Numbered from the stretch's first letter, positions 1 to 14,304 are shown. The stretch: DNA of 64,000 nucleotides from Camelus ferus (GCF_009834535.1 NC_045696.1:59646001-59710000); one strand, 5' to 3'. Numbers and translations are program-made. The notes: generated from the sequence alone by a model not told the origin.

Positions 1-143
1 TGAAGTCCAGGATGGGAGTTTCCCCAGCAGCAGTTCAAGATGATGGGGCATTCAGGTTTTCCCCTTCCCCTTCTGCTCACTTACCATCGCACTTTTTACT
101 CTCTGTATGTGTCCCCAGTCCGAGCCTTACCCCACAGGGTTGA

Positions 144-323
<180 letters not shown>

Positions 324-793
324 TAGGTTGGTGGAGGGTTTCAGTGGAGCACTCTTAGGGCCAAAAGTACCCAACAACACAGCTGCCCCACTAGTGGACC
401 AAAGCTGGTTGGGAAGGCTCTCCCGGTCAAGTGTTGCTGGTTACATTTTCTAAGTCACTTGCTGTCAGACTTCTTTCTCACTCACCCTTCTTTCTCCACA
501 GTAGTCCTAAATTCCTAGCGAAGGGTGAAGTCATGTATTCAGCAGTGTCCCTACCCTGATCTCCTAAGGGACCTAACATCTTTATACCCAATCAGAATGA
601 TAGCCAGGCTTTGAGGAAATAAAAGTAGCTTTTCCTCGTTGGAACTGTGGGGAATTCTGACAATAGAATTCATCCGAGGCTAACCGTTCCACCCTGTGGG
701 CCTTAGGTTTCAAATTCCATTGAAGTTTTCTTTCAACCTATTTCCTCCATCCCCAACTACCTGATCATCCTCACCCTCAAGCAAAACAGCTAC

Positions 794-810
794 AGAGAGA
801 GAGAGAGAGA
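794..810. repeat. Short (AG)n microsatellite
   Basis: Run of AG repeats seen directly. Confidence 0.85.
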
Positions 811-1117
811 ATCAAAATACCTCATGGAACATATTTTTTGACAGCTTATAGGCTAGAGCATCCATCGACCCTGTATGTTTTGTTGAAATAAGTAGAATCA
901 TAAAGCCCTAAAACCTCACAACTCATTTCTTTCCAGCCCCTAACTTGATTTAAGTATCTTTCTACAGCATGTTAAACAACATATTCCGTCGTTAACAAAG
1001 GGTCAGCCAGAACATTGGTTGGTTAGTTATATAACCAGCTAATGGTACTCAGTTTCCAAAGTACAAAGAGAGGGAACCTCAAGACACAAGACATAACGTT
1101 GACATACAGCAGTCACC

Positions 1118-1300
1118 CCGCACTGTGCAGTGGCGCTTTCTGCAGGGAGGGAAATGGTCCACATCTGTGCTGTGCTCTACAGGAGCTGCTGGTCATGTGC
1201 GGCTGTTGGACACTTGAAGTGTGACTAGTGCTACTGAGAACTGAATTTTTGACTTTATTTAATGTAGATGGCAAGTGGCTGCCATGTCGGACAGCCCAGC
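1118..1300 (+). mobile_element. MER3-like hAT-Charlie DNA transposon relic
   Basis: cacttgaagtgtgactagtgctactgagaactgaattttt...gtggctgccatgtcggacagc resembles the recalled MER3 consensus. Confidence 0.7.
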
Positions 1301-4300
1301 TCTAGAAAATGAGACGTCAGCGTGGCCCTTTGCTAAGAATGACCAAGAGGCAAGTAAGAGTGGGTATAAAAGTATCTTGAGTTCTGAAAGGTCTGAATAA
1401 GGGGTGGAGAGTCACTCCTTTCTTATCAACTCCTGATAATTAATCCCCTGGAATGTCATCAGATGGCATTAGTGTAAAGGGAACATAGAATACATAGTTC
1501 CCATGACATATTAACCTTGTCAGATTATGAAGGCCTAGGGTGAAAATACCTTCTGACTCTCTGGAGTACTTAATCAAAGTTCCCAGTATTTCTTTTTTTA
1601 ATCCAAATTTTAACACTTTCCATATGGTGTGTCTAGAAATCTCCAGACATAGAAATATTCTTTCCTCTTGCCTATATAGTAAGATCCCGTAAAGCCATTC
1701 TTGACCTTTGATCCCAAATTCTGTCAGCTGAGCCCAGCTTAGCATTATCCTGTCTCCTGCAGGGTATCTGGGAAGACGTGGGCCTGGAAAGCAGTAAATT
1801 ACACTACTTTTCTTTTCTGATTTATGATCTCTAGGATTTAGTCAACAAGTCTCACTTTCCTCATATCCTTACCAAACTGACAAGGTATAAAAATAGAGAT
1901 CGCTATGTGCACCTCCTCTGAGACCTGTTTTTGCCAGGTCGGTGTATAAGGGGAAAGACTGTTCATCTCAAAACTGACCAATTGTAACAAAATATCTAGC
2001 ATAACCATGCTGTGTTCTGGTTTCATGATGTAATTCCAGTAAGCTACAGCAAGCAGTTTGGTAGTCTTTTAAATAGCTGAAAGTCTACCTACCAGCTACA
2101 AAATATATTTCTAAGAAACTCATAAAGTGAAAAAGTCAAGTTAAACCATGTGGAATGTTGCATTCTGTACAGGAGTAAATTCAGTGATGGAGAACACAGC
2201 TACTCAGCAAATGTTACCTATTTATAACATTATAAAGAAACAAGAAGAAAATAAAAACCAGCTTCTGAGCAACCAAAAGAGGTATCACAAAGATAAAGTT
2301 CTTATCTTTCCATAGAAATACCTTTCTATTCTTCCTAAAAGCCACTTTACCTGTTGGTTAGATCGTTTCCAAACCCATAGCAATTTAGAAACAGCAAATA
2401 AGAATCAAGACCTTGAGCAAGTAGTTTGATACCAGCAGCATAAAGTAAAATCTGGCAGGAAAGAAAACAGATAAACTGGGGGGAAAAAAAGAGGCAAAAG
2501 AATCCCCCAAATCGTAGTGGTCAAGGGCTATCCTGTGTTAGTGCAAACAATCCTTTGCCCCAGTATAGAGCCCAACACAGCCACCATATTACAGTAGAGC
2601 ATAATCATATGTTAGTAATAACCCAGAATCATGGGCATATTCTGCATTAAAAAGCAAGGAACTCTGTAGTGCATTTAGAAAGCTATCCACCAAAAAACCC
2701 GTTTTAAATTATCCACAATTTAAGGGAACATCCAAGAAAATCAAGCTGCGTATTAACCATACAGGTTTTGGAGGACTAAGACTTTCCTCTTCTCATAACA
2801 CATGTTTCTACTTATGCCACACACATTTTGATTAATGTAGAAAGCATAATACTTCTAAAATTTTTAATGAGGAAGAAATAAAATGGCAATTAAGCCAACT
2901 TTGAAAATGCAGAAACTGTCAATTCCATAAGAATCCACATCTTTCACTGCCTGGCAGTGAAAGTAAATAGACTTTAAGTAAATATTTGTTTGGTGGACAA
3001 ATGGATAAATGGACTAAAAATAGAATTGCAACTTGCAGACTATGGCTAATGCCATTCAAGTTATAATTCAGTCTTTTGTTTATGAAAGTCTCAAGACATG
3101 AAAACCCATTAGGTAGTTTTTTTTCCCCATCATTACCAGAACCTTCTAGACCAGTAAAATAATTGAATGTCTAAATGAAGGAGTTTTCTGGGCACTTCTT
3201 AATGGGAAGACCAGACAGTGGTCCAAACACCTGTTTGCTCTTCAGGAATACTTTTCTGAAATAGTCACTTTTTTGCCTGAAAGGGTTCTTTTCGACCCCA
3301 GTTGTTTGCATCTTTTCAAAATTATGATCAAATGCTATCTAGCAGAGAAGCATACACCTCTCATTTCCAGTGCATCGCAAGAGGGAGGGAGGGAGGGGGT
3401 TCGGAGGCAGAGGGACTGACACTGACACTGCCTGTATAACCACACTAGCTGAGTCACTGGGAAATTAGTACCTAGACCAAGGGTGAATATGTTAAATATT
3501 TCCACTAGTTAGTATTGATCCTTTTAAATGGTGTCACTTTGAAAAATGACAATCAGTATTAGTTGTGTGTGTGTGATCTTTCTCTAGGCCCTTCATCTAT
3601 ATAGATTTTGAATGGAGAATTCCCAAGTACCATAATTTTTATAAAGAACAATTCAAAATGTAGAACTTACTACCTGTGAGTGGTGGTTTTAACACAGATT
3701 GGAGGTTTAAGTGGAATGATGCTTAGTTTAACCCTTCACTCTCCCCGTTTTCGTATTACATCTCTTCTCTGTAGAACTAAATGTAAAGATCATGAAACTT
3801 CTCTACTCAGAAACTACTTCCATTTCTATTACATCTTGCTACGCATTCCAGGATCACTCAGATGAGGCAGTATATTCCAGAAATAGATTCCCCCAAATGG
3901 TAATGGTTTCGTTAATTCTGTCTCCACACTTTGACTAACCTACAACTTGTAATTGGGAAAAATAATTGTTTTCAGTTTGCCTTGATTGTTAGATTGTAAG
4001 CACAGCTGTTCATTTTAAATGCTCATCACCTTCAGTTAAACCTGAACTTTACGTCTTCCTTTTCAGTTATTGGAGATACAGCCATGTGTGAGTCTGGGCA
4101 ATAGCATTTTTATAAAATCTCTGCTGTCAGCGTTCAGGGTCTGCGGGACCATCAAGTATAAGCAGAGAGGCCAGCGATTTGCCCAACATGTGACATCCCC
4201 CCACCTAAAGATTAGGTGTAGATTCCAGGGGCTGGGCCTCCCCTCCCCCACTCTATAGACCGCCAGCTGCACTGCCAAATCTGGTTTGTCTGATTCATAT

Positions 4301-5189
4301 CTAACCAGCTTCCATGTGGATACCCAAATTTGAGGCACACTTCACCCCATTTCTTCCATAGGTATGTCATCCAGGTCACACACCCTTGCAGTCACCTAAA
4401 GTGAGTCAGTTTTCAGCAAAGGTTGGAGAGGCAGGTGGGTGACCAACAGCCAGGGCTGGATATCCCTTCTGCATACTCCCTCCTCCAGGCCTGGCCAGAA
4501 GCTATTCAATTTGGCCTCAGCCACCACCCACGGCCCTCCCAGCCTTGTGTTCCCCAGGCCCGAGGCTCACAGATCAGGGCTTGAGTTATGTGAGGCTGAG
4601 CCTGGAGCACTGGTCAGGCCAGGGCAGCCCACCAGGGCACCAGGTGGCCGGGGTCAGCCAGAAGCAGAGGGTAGTGTGCAGCAGAGGGTGAAGACAAGTT
4701 GGGGGAAAGTGGTGGAAAATGTTGGGGAACAACTGAACAAGGCCCACACTTCCACAATCTTCCCAGAATTCCATCCTGGAGTCAGCCCTCTGCTGGTTTA
4801 GAGACAGAGCTGGTACCCAGTGAGGAATCTAACCCAGGCTCTGCCCTCTGAGTTCTGGGAATTAGTGAGGTACCTGTGGTAAGGGTGGAGGTGAGCACAA
4901 ATGCAGTTCAAAGGAGCAAAGAAAATAGCCTCAGTTGACTTAACGGGAAGGCTTCCCAGAGGAGGGGGCATTTGAGATGGAATTTAAATAACAGAGCTGT
5001 CTCCATTGATGATGGAGGAGAGTTTGAACACAGGCATTCCCAGGGAGGGGTGTGGTGAAGTCTAGCCGGTAAGCTCAGAGACTACGAGAGGACTTTGTGA
5101 GTCTCAATCCTGGAGCAAGGGTTGGGGAGATCTGGCTGTCACACTCCCAGTTAGACTGTGTCTTCTCACATCTGTGTCTGTGATACTGA

Positions 5190-5490
5190 GGCACAGGAAG
5201 GCAGAGGTGGGGGGTGGAGATAGTCAGAATGGTAATGGAGGGGAGCGCGAAGGAAGGGAGGAGACAGACAGAGTGAGTGGGCAAGTGGGATAAAATACCT
5301 GGAGAGAGAGGTGAGAACAATGAGGTGGTGGAGGGGGAGGAAGAGATGGGGGAGAGAGGAAAGGAGATGGGAGAGGGGGCAGTACTGGAGGGAGGTTCTA
5401 GGTAGATAGAAGGGGGTCGGGAGACTAGAAAGAGAGAAAGGAGGAGGGACGGTTGAGGATAAGAGGGAAGGGGAGAAATGGATGAAGAAC
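5190..5490 (+). repeat. Purine-rich (GA) low-complexity tract
   Basis: About 300 nt of mostly G/A. Explains the Pro/Ser-rich minus-strand ORF 5075-5554. Confidence 0.8.
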
Positions 5491-7528
5491 TAGACCTCCC
5501 TGGGTCTACCATCCTAATGCAGACAGGGGGATCAACAATGTGCTTTTCAAACATTTTTTTACCATGAACAGAAGAAAAAGGTTATACATTATGTCCTGAT
5601 ACGCACATGCTTGCATATTATATATAATAGGAAAATTAAGTTCTTCAAAATAAGACCCGCACTCTGTGTGGTGCACTCTGATAGTTTGAATTAGGCTCCA
5701 TTTCTCCTTTTTTAATGCTGGTGTCCTCCCACTGAATTGATTTTACAACCCCTTGAAACGCAGTGGGTGGATCTGTTGCTGCCAGGTGAGGAGCTGGCTC
5801 CACCAAGTGGTGAGAACAGGATGTGCAGGCCACCGCCCCTCTGCGGGGCCACACTGCCAGGTGGTCGGTGGCTGCCTTCTCTGTCTCTGCTACTCCTTCC
5901 CACACACACACCTGGCTTTAAAATATGCATATTCTGTGCCTTCTATGCTTCATCCCCCTCTCCAAATGCCTTTGGTATTAGTTTTATCCCATTTACGGAA
6001 AAATTAGAGAATTACAATTTAAGTTTGGAAGAAAACCTTTAAAGAAAATCTCGTTCTAGTCTACTCCCTTGTTTCACAGAAACTGGAGCTTACAAAGGTT
6101 TGTGACCTGCCCAAACTGATTCACAGCGCAGCCGAAGAAGCCAAGTCTTCACAACTCCCTCTTAAATCACACTGTCATTTTCTTCATATTCAAGTGCCAA
6201 GCAACGAGGAGGGGGAAGACCTGTTGTGATTTTTCTTGGGCCCTAAAGCCACACGCTGAGGGATGACCCCTGTTGCAGGCCTTCCACAACCCACCAGAAG
6301 GGCCCTAGAAAATGCAGCTGTGATTTTGTTGCTGTTTGCTTTCTCAGGAAGCTGTCAACACTGTTGCTGGTTATAGATGTAGCAGGATAGAGTCTAAATG
6401 TGTCAAAGTCCTGTTCATTTTAGCTGTGTACACTGACTGCTTAGCATTCATGCCTACTTGCTAAACAGCACATCAATGGCTATGAATAACATTAAATGTG
6501 AGATTAATTATCTTTTACTTTAACATTGCACTTACATTTGTGCAATTCTTTTTGATTCATCTGCTAAACAAAATTAGAAAATATAAGCAAAATATATTCA
6601 TCAGATAGCAGTGCCTCGAGGTGAGCTGCTGCTTGAGGTCGGGGGCTGAGGGTGGGGCATACGCTGAGTAGGAGGCCAGCCCTGCACACCTTTCCCCTTC
6701 ATCTCTAGCCTAGGCTGAAGTTTCTGCCGTGAAATGAAGAGACAGACCCCAGTGATGGGCATGGCTCAGCCCAGGTGATCAAACTGTGCTGATTAAACAC
6801 TTTTGTGAGCAATCTGGCACCCTCCCTGAGTGCGTATGCCTCTCTATTAGTTTAATAACTGCTCGGTGTGCTAACCAGCTGTCCTGGCCTGCAAGACAGA
6901 GCCTCTTCCCTGCTAGGCTCTGAAGCTGTCTGGTTACTAATGGGTCCCTTGGAAACGATCTCTTGCTCCACTAGTATGAAAGCATTGATGAAGGCAGTGA
7001 CTTAGGCCTCCTGCAAATAGTGAGCCTGACATCTTTCTCCCCACTTAATTGATTTATGTCTCCTCACTGTTCTTCTTTCCCCCTTACCACAGCCCAGCCC
7101 GCTTCATTCCCCCTCTCACCAACAAGTATGCATGCACAAGAGCACAAGCACACAAGACCATCACCCTTATTCCCCTTTAAGTGCAAGCTGCACCCTTGAC
7201 ATAAAGGTCTGTCTTCTGGACCACATTGTGAGTTCCTCGGGGAAGGATACGCTTTTCCAGAAGCAGTAAGACTACAGGTCAAATTTACCTTTGGCAAGAG
7301 TAACAAAATCAAAATGACTCAGGGTGCCTTTGGAATGGAATGCTGTTTCCATAGTACTTAATGGCAAAGCTCACAAAGCTTTTCTAACAATAAATGCTAG
7401 AGGTTTCATTTCCTAGGATTCTATACAAAGCCAGAGGGAAGCATTTTCCTCATAAAGTAGCTGCATAACGTATTACATCACAATAATTTGATAGAGTAAT
7501 GACATTGCTTAGATCTTGACATTTCTTT

Positions 7529-7858
7529 TTTTATTAAAGTGTAGTTGCTGTACAATGTTACATAAGCTACAGGTGTACAACATAATGATTCACAATTTTT
7601 AAAGGTTATGCTCCGCTTATAGTTAGTATAAAATATTGGTCGTATTTCCCGTGCTGTACAATATGTCCTTGTGGCTTATTTTATACCTGGTAGTTTGTAC
7701 CTCTTAATCCCCTGCCCGATACTGCCCCTCCACCTTCCTTCTCCCTACTGGTGACCACTAGTTAGTGCTCTGTATCTGTGCGTCTTTCTTTTTGTTACAC
7801 TTACCAGTTTGTTGTGTTTTTTAGACTCCACGTATAAGTGATGACATACAGGATTTGA
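7529..7858 (-). mobile_element. 5'-truncated L1 3' end with 16-bp target-site duplication
   Basis: T-tract tail followed by L1 3' UTR-like sequence. TSD atcttgacatttcttt (7513-7528) and atcctgacatttcttt (7859-7874). Homologous to 11678-12000. Confidence 0.85.
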
Positions 7859-8819
7859 ATCCTGACATTTCTTTAAAAGCTTTATTCATTTCTGGAAGAG
7901 CCCCAGACATTCACACAAACACTTAAACTCCTTGCTGTGCTTGTTCTCCCGTGATACAATAATCACCGCAATGGTGGGGACTGAGGTGTTGCTACAGAAC
8001 AGTGGAGGTGGAATATTCCATCATTTGTGGAGAGTGTTGGGCCCTCTTGTGCTTTAATTTAAACTCATCATGTCTATTTGAAGTAGGCAGAATGATACTG
8101 TCATCCTCATAAGCTTCAAATATAAAAGCAAAATAGAGTTTGATATCGCCACTTGCCTTCAACAAATACATCGAGATGATAGAGCACATCTTACTCAAAA
8201 TTATGAATTGAGATGCCCAGCACAAGACAAGTAGCTTTTCTACTCCTTCGCTTTTTTTATAAAATGAAGTCATACGGAGTTGATATCGGGTCTGCCAACT
8301 GGGAGCACACTGGAATGGGGCATTTGCCTTCAAAAGCCGATCTGTGGGCTGGATGCATTAAAATTACCCAGGGAGCTTCGCTAAGCAGTACAGATGCTCA
8401 GATCTAAACCCCAGAGGGCAGTGCACAGCCAGGTCGTGGGCCCACTAACTAATGTTTTCCAAGAATTTTCCTTGAGGCAAAGTCTGATACTTCCCCCAAA
8501 AGTGTTCTCCTTGCAAAGAAGTTTGGGAAGCCCTGCACACTGTCTCTACCTCAGAGATTTATAGTGTGCCTCATCATATTACAGAATTTCAAAAGTCCTG
8601 CAGTACAGAAACCAGTTTAGCCCGGCATTTCCCAGACTTAAATGATAGGTGACCTTGAAATCCAATTTGTGTGTAATACCCAATCAAGATTTTCCCAGGA
8701 TGTGGTTTAGGAAAAGGTAATCTATTACATATTTTCCACCAGGGGCTTGGTGGGGAGAGCTCCCTGGGAATAAGTCTCCAGGAGTGGAGTGGAGGAAGAT
8801 TGGGAAGCACCAATTGGAA

Positions 8820-8960
8820 GAGCTAATGTTTACTAGTGCCTGCTGTATGCCAGGCACTGGGTTGTGTTCTTCACCTTCATGGATTTATTAAGTCCTCACA
8901 ACAACCCCATGAGGTTATTTTAAAATGAGAAAAATGGGACTTTGGAGGAGCCCCTCACAG
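8820..8960 (-). mobile_element. MIR SINE fragment
   Basis: gtatgccaggcactg...agtcctcacaacaaccccatgagg is the reverse complement of the MIR 3' half. Confidence 0.7.
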
Positions 8961-9597
8961 CTGTGACTAGGTGCTAATTCTGATTCTTTAACCTGTGCTT
9001 GGTTGTGGGAGGAAAGGAAAGTGAGTCCTGGGACCATAGTAGGGGGGCTAGTGGCATTTGCTCTTAAAACCTTCATTTTTTGGAAAGGCAGTAATTGTAG
9101 AAATGATATTCTATGGACTTAATTCATTTTAAAGTGCTTTCATTTCTTGAGAATTTCCAAAGAGAGCATCTTTCCATTGGTTTTTGATAGCTGCTGTCAC
9201 GAAAAGTCAGGGTATTGCTCTATTTAAATCACCAAGATTTTAAATGAAATTGCTAGCACCATCTTCAGCATCAAGATCAATTATCAGCTTTGTGGGTATA
9301 ATTACCACTGTCTGCTTAAAATTAACCTTAAGTGACCAGGCCACTGACCTTGGGTCATAAGTCAAGGAAAGAGAGAAGCTCTCTCTGAGTCATCACGGAG
9401 TCATTGCAACTTCAACAGCAAGAATACAGGCTTTTTTCCTCTCATTTATTTGAAAGACTCTTTACTTACATGTAATCTCAGCAACATAAATGTAAAAGAT
9501 CCTGAAATTCTAACAACAATGCTTTTTCTTTTTGGCCCAGATTTCCTTTCTGTTTTTGAAAGTTAGGCTCTTTGATATTAAGATATATGTTATTACC

Positions 9598-9690
9598 TTT
9601 TTTTAAATTGAAGTATAGTCAGCTAGAATGTGTCAATTTCTAGTGTACAGCATAATGTTTCAGTCATATATATATATATTTGTCTTCATA
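9598..9690 (-). mobile_element. Short L1 3' terminus (camelid/artiodactyl type)
   Basis: ttttttaaattgaagtatagtcag...gtgtcaatttctagtgtacagcataatgtttcagtcata. Confidence 0.65.
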
Positions 9691-11677
9691 AAGAATACAG
9701 TTTTATATCCTGTATGGAATGTCATGATTTAGGTTGTATCATTTATTTAATCGCCTTTAAAGGACTTTGAAGAGCATGTGTACTATGGGAGTCAGAGTGA
9801 GGGGATTGGAGTGCGAGGCTGAGAGTGGGGAAGTGGAGGTTTCTTACGAGCTGAGAGCATTTATCCTACATGCCCTGGACTCCAAATTCTCCTCTTTCTC
9901 TCTGCTTCCAAGTACTCTCTTCCTCCTGGTTCTCCTTTCTTTAAAGCAGTTCTTTTTCTTTCACAAGTCCTTGTCCTAGAAGAGCCCATCAGGTTTTCTT
10001 TCCCCACTTGCCAAGCCATTCCAGCCCCAACCCCAGGCCTGTTCAGTCCATCCTGGCTCAGAGCTGGAGTTCACCCATTGTCTTCATTGAGACTCACACT
10101 GAAGGGTAAGAAATGACCACATGAAGAGTACCTCAACACCTGAAAAACTACCTCTGAAGATTTTGTACATTATAGTATTTAGTGTTCCCATGGAAAAGAA
10201 CCACATAATAAATGACTTCTAGAATTCAGTTCCAGAAATAAAAATTATAACATATCACAAATATATTAATATATCTATAGTAACATATTATATTTCATTA
10301 TGTATATATGGTAATAAACCAGGTTGCTTCTCTTTACAACAACAGCAAAAAAAAAAGATGTTTTCTTTTTGGCTGTGAAAAAAGTTTGATCCTCAGTGAT
10401 GGTATTAAATAAATTTTTTTTCTGTTTCTAATTTAGAAGTCATATTAAATACATGTGTGTCACCTGCAGTTCTTCTTAAAGTAGCAACAAATATGATACT
10501 TTATTGATTTTTGAGTGCTACATATTTGCTTTTCAAAAGCCCAAATAGCATTATAATCACTCCTTCCGTGATTCAGATCAGGATACTCTAAAATTCAGGG
10601 GAAAGATGATTATCATCAAATGGGTACCACTAGGAGTCTTCAAAATTTTTAGGTGACTTTTTCTTATTACTAAAGTCATACCCATTTATTGCAGAAAATT
10701 TAAGTGGTAGGTGGACAAAAATATGTATCCTCTGTGACCCCACCAGTCATTATTAGCATTTTGGCCTTCCAGATATGACTTGCCAAATACTTTTTAATTG
10801 CACATATGTATTTCTTTAAACCAAAACCAACATCTTTCTATGTCATTGAAGGGGGAACACAAGTAACACATACATACAGCCCATAACCGCTTGTAATTAT
10901 AAGATACTGCCAGAATGCTTGGGCAACAGGAACCAGGGAGTGTACGTCAAATCAATAAAATGTATTTGTTCTAATGGTAGAGGTAAGTATTGGAATAATT
11001 CAGACCTGCTTCATATCCTTTAATTTTTGAATTAGTTTTTAAAATAAAAATTAAATAGAAAAGTGTAGGTTGATATCTGGCTCTCAAACGGAGTTCTAGT
11101 AACCTGAGGGCAGTCTTTCAAAAAAGAGACAAGGAGACACAGATACTGACGCCTGGAAGTTAAAGCACACAGCTGCCTGATGCGTATAAACATGGTAAAG
11201 GAGTCCGAGTTTAAACAGGCAGAACATTAACAGTGTCTGCGCACCGTCAAAGCTGATCTAGAAGACTGCAGCCAGGAACTGAGGCTTTGTGCTGGTCCCA
11301 GAGTGAGCTGTGGCAAAGCCACTCTGTGTATCCTGTCCCCAAACTTCCTGGGAGAGCCCTGCCCCCATGCAGTCTCTGGTTACATCCCACGGTCAGTAAA
11401 CACTCCTATATCCTCCTCCCTACTGACCCACAGGTAGCATGAGCCAGAAATAAACTTGTTGTTTTATGCTTTAAAAAAAAAACAGGTATAGACTGAGAAA
11501 AGTCACTCATCACTATCGTCATCCACCCTGTTCCTTCACCTGGTTTCCTATGGTAATGACTTTTTTAAAAAAGTATATTTGAGTCATTTCCAACCCTCTT
11601 TTATTTCATGCAGTACTGCAGTGAATGCTTTTCTTTACATGTCATTTTGCACATGTGGAAGTCTATTTGCTCAACTC

Positions 11678-12706
11678 TTTTTTTATTGAGGTATAGTTGA
11701 TGGACAGTGTTGTAAGTTTCAGGTCATAGTGATTCACAATTTTAAAGGTTATAATCCATTTATAGTTATGATAAAATACTGGCTATATTCCCTGTGTTGT
11801 ACAATATATCCTTGTTGCTTACTTATTTTATACGTAGTAATTTGTACCTCTTAATCTCCTACTCTGATCTTGCCCCTCCCTCTCCCCACTGGTAACCACT
11901 AGTTTGTTCTCTATATCTGTGAGTCTGTTTCTTTTTTGTCATATTTACTACTTTGTTGTGTTTTTTAGACCCCACATACAGTAACATCATACAGTATTTG
12001 TCTTTCTCTGTCTTACTTATTTCACTTAGCATAATACCCTCGGAGTCAATCCACGTTGCAAATGGCAAAATTTTATTCTTTATGGCTGGGTAGTATATAT
12101 ATTATATATAAATAACACATCTTCTTTATCTTTTCACCTCTTGGACACTTAGGTTGCTTCCATATTTTGGCAATTGTAAATAATGCTGCTATGAACATTT
12201 GGGTGTATGTATCTTTTCAAATTAGTGTTTTCATTTTTTTTTTTTTTTGGATATATACTCAGGAGTGAAATTTCTGGATCATATGGTAGTTCTATTTTTA
12301 GTTTTTTGAGAAACTTCCATATTGTTTTCTACAGTAACTGCACCAATTTACATCCTCACCAACAGTGTACAAGGCCTCCCTTTTCTCCACATCCTTGCCA
12401 ACATTAGTTATTTGTGTTCCTTTTGATGACGGCCATTCTGACTAATATGAGGTGATGACTCATTGTGATTTTAATTTGTATTTCTCTGATGATGATATTG
12501 AACATCTTTTCGTATGCCTGTTTGCCATCTGTATGTCTTCTTTGGAAAAATGCCTATTCAGGTCTTATGCCCATTTTTAAATTGGGTTGTGTGCTTTTTT
12601 GATGTCGAGTTGTGTAAGCTGTTTATATATGTTGAATAGTAAGCCCTTATCAATTACATCATTTGCAGATATTTTCTCCCATTCAGTAGGTTGTCTTTTC
12701 ATTTTG
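11678..12706 (-). mobile_element. 5'-truncated L1 (end of ORF2 plus 3' UTR), about 1 kb
   Basis: Minus-strand ORF MPFATWIDSEGIMLSEISKTEKDKYCM resembles the L1 ORF2 C-terminal region. T-tract tail at 11678. Confidence 0.9.
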
Positions 12707-12715
12707 GGTAATGAC

Positions 12716-13020
12716 TTTTTTAAACACTTTATTCAAGTGTGATTGATGATTAAAAACCTACTTAATCTAATATCTACAACCTGATGAGTTTGGGCATAAG
12801 TATACACCCATGAAACCATCATCACCATCAAGACCATAGATGTATTTACCACCTCCCAAAGTGTTCTCCCCTATTATTGTTATATAAGAACACTTAACAG
12901 AAGATCTACCATCTTAGCAAATTTTAAGTATCCAATGCAGTAAGGTGTGTTATAGATATTAAGCTGTATAACAGATCTCCAGAACTCATCTTGCATTACT
13001 GAAGTTGTACACTTTGACCA
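12716..13020 (-). mobile_element. Older L1 3' end (L1MA9/10- or L1MB-like)
   Basis: ttttaaacactttattcaagt...ctgatgagtttgggcataagtatacacccatgaaaccatc...ttagcaaattttaagta. Confidence 0.7.
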
Positions 13021-13435
13021 TTAGTTTCTCAGGCTGAAAATAAGAGTATATATTCCCGACTTAGACAAAAGGCAGAATGTTAGATACATTCTTCCACACC
13101 TTGCTTTTTTCACTTAACAGCCTGCCTGGAGATCTTCCATATGAAAACATAAAAAGTTTTGCCATTTTTACAGCTACATAACATATAGTTCTGTAGATGT
13201 GGCACATTTTTGTCATCTACAGACCATCTTTTGCTGTTATAAACAGTGCCACAATGAATCCACATGTGTATACTTCATCTTACACATGTGTGACTGCAAG
13301 TATAGGACATTATCCAAAATTAAAATTGCAGAGACAAAGATAAGTACATTTTTAATTTTGATAGATACTGTCAAATAGCCCTTTGCAAAGAGTATACTGT
13401 CTTCCGTCTCCATCAGAATGTTTCCCCACAGCCTC
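13021..13435 (-). mobile_element. Ancient L1ME-like fragment, probably continuing 11470-11551
   Basis: ttgcttttttcacttaacag...ttttaattttgatagatactgtcaaatagccct. Confidence 0.65.
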
Positions 13436-14234
13436 ATTTTCTATTTGAAAAACTTTGTGTGATTTTTAAAAAGCAAATTCTATTCCAATGATTCTGGCTA
13501 ATTTGGACTTATATTCTCTGAGCTCAGATCAGTTGCTTAATATATTAATTTGAAGTAGGTGTAGTCAACCCTTTCTTCTTTATTAACATAGAAAGGAGCC
13601 AGGATTCAGATAGCCACCCTGGCAGATAATTCAGTAGTAATTTAATTCAGCTTTGAAATGTATCATGACTTTTTCCCCATTAAATTTTCTTTCCTGACAA
13701 TGTCTGCATTAGGAAACAGTAACTCATAGTTTTTACAAAGATTGGGTACTAGTGGAAGAAAGAAGCCAAGAATTGGAAAGAAGTCAGTGTAGGATTCAAA
13801 TTTTTTACACTCACCTCTGGGATCATAGATGACATTTATTTTGTTCTTTTTGATACCTATATCCATATTTTTTTTAAATGTTACAATGTTCTCAAGATTA
13901 CTTGTATAAAAAAAATTAGAGTCGTAGTTACCGTTAAAAGGAAATGCCCCTGCACGAGTATATCATTTCATTATTTTCATCCTGAGAAGTGTAAACCCTT
14001 GAGGAAAACATTATTAGTTTAAGTAGCACCAATTAATCAATTAATACAAATTTTAATGAAATGAGTTCCAACATATTTTAAAACTGCTCCTTACCACATA
14101 TCACTTAGAGGGTGGAGAAGCCATGTGTAAATAATGGTGTTTGTAAGGTTAGGTTGGCCTCAGTGTAAGCCTCTGGCAGGGAGGGGTGTCAGCAGTACAG
14201 AGATGTCTGATTCGGCCTTTCTCTCCCGTTGCAG

Positions 14235-14304
14235 CATCTTCCTCAAAGAGCTGGAGAAGTACGAGCAGCTGCCTGAGGATGTGGGACACTGCTTTGTTAC
14301 CTGG
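14235..14304 (+). CDS. KALRN: Kalirin DH1 exon: (N)[23 protein letters not shown]
   Basis: Acceptor ttgcAG at 14233-14234, donor TGG|GTAACC. 70 nt; the first base completes the split AAC codon. Confidence 0.97.

Noticed and set aside
5075..5554. 159-aa Pro/Ser-rich minus-strand ORF
   Set aside because: Artefact of the GA-rich tract.
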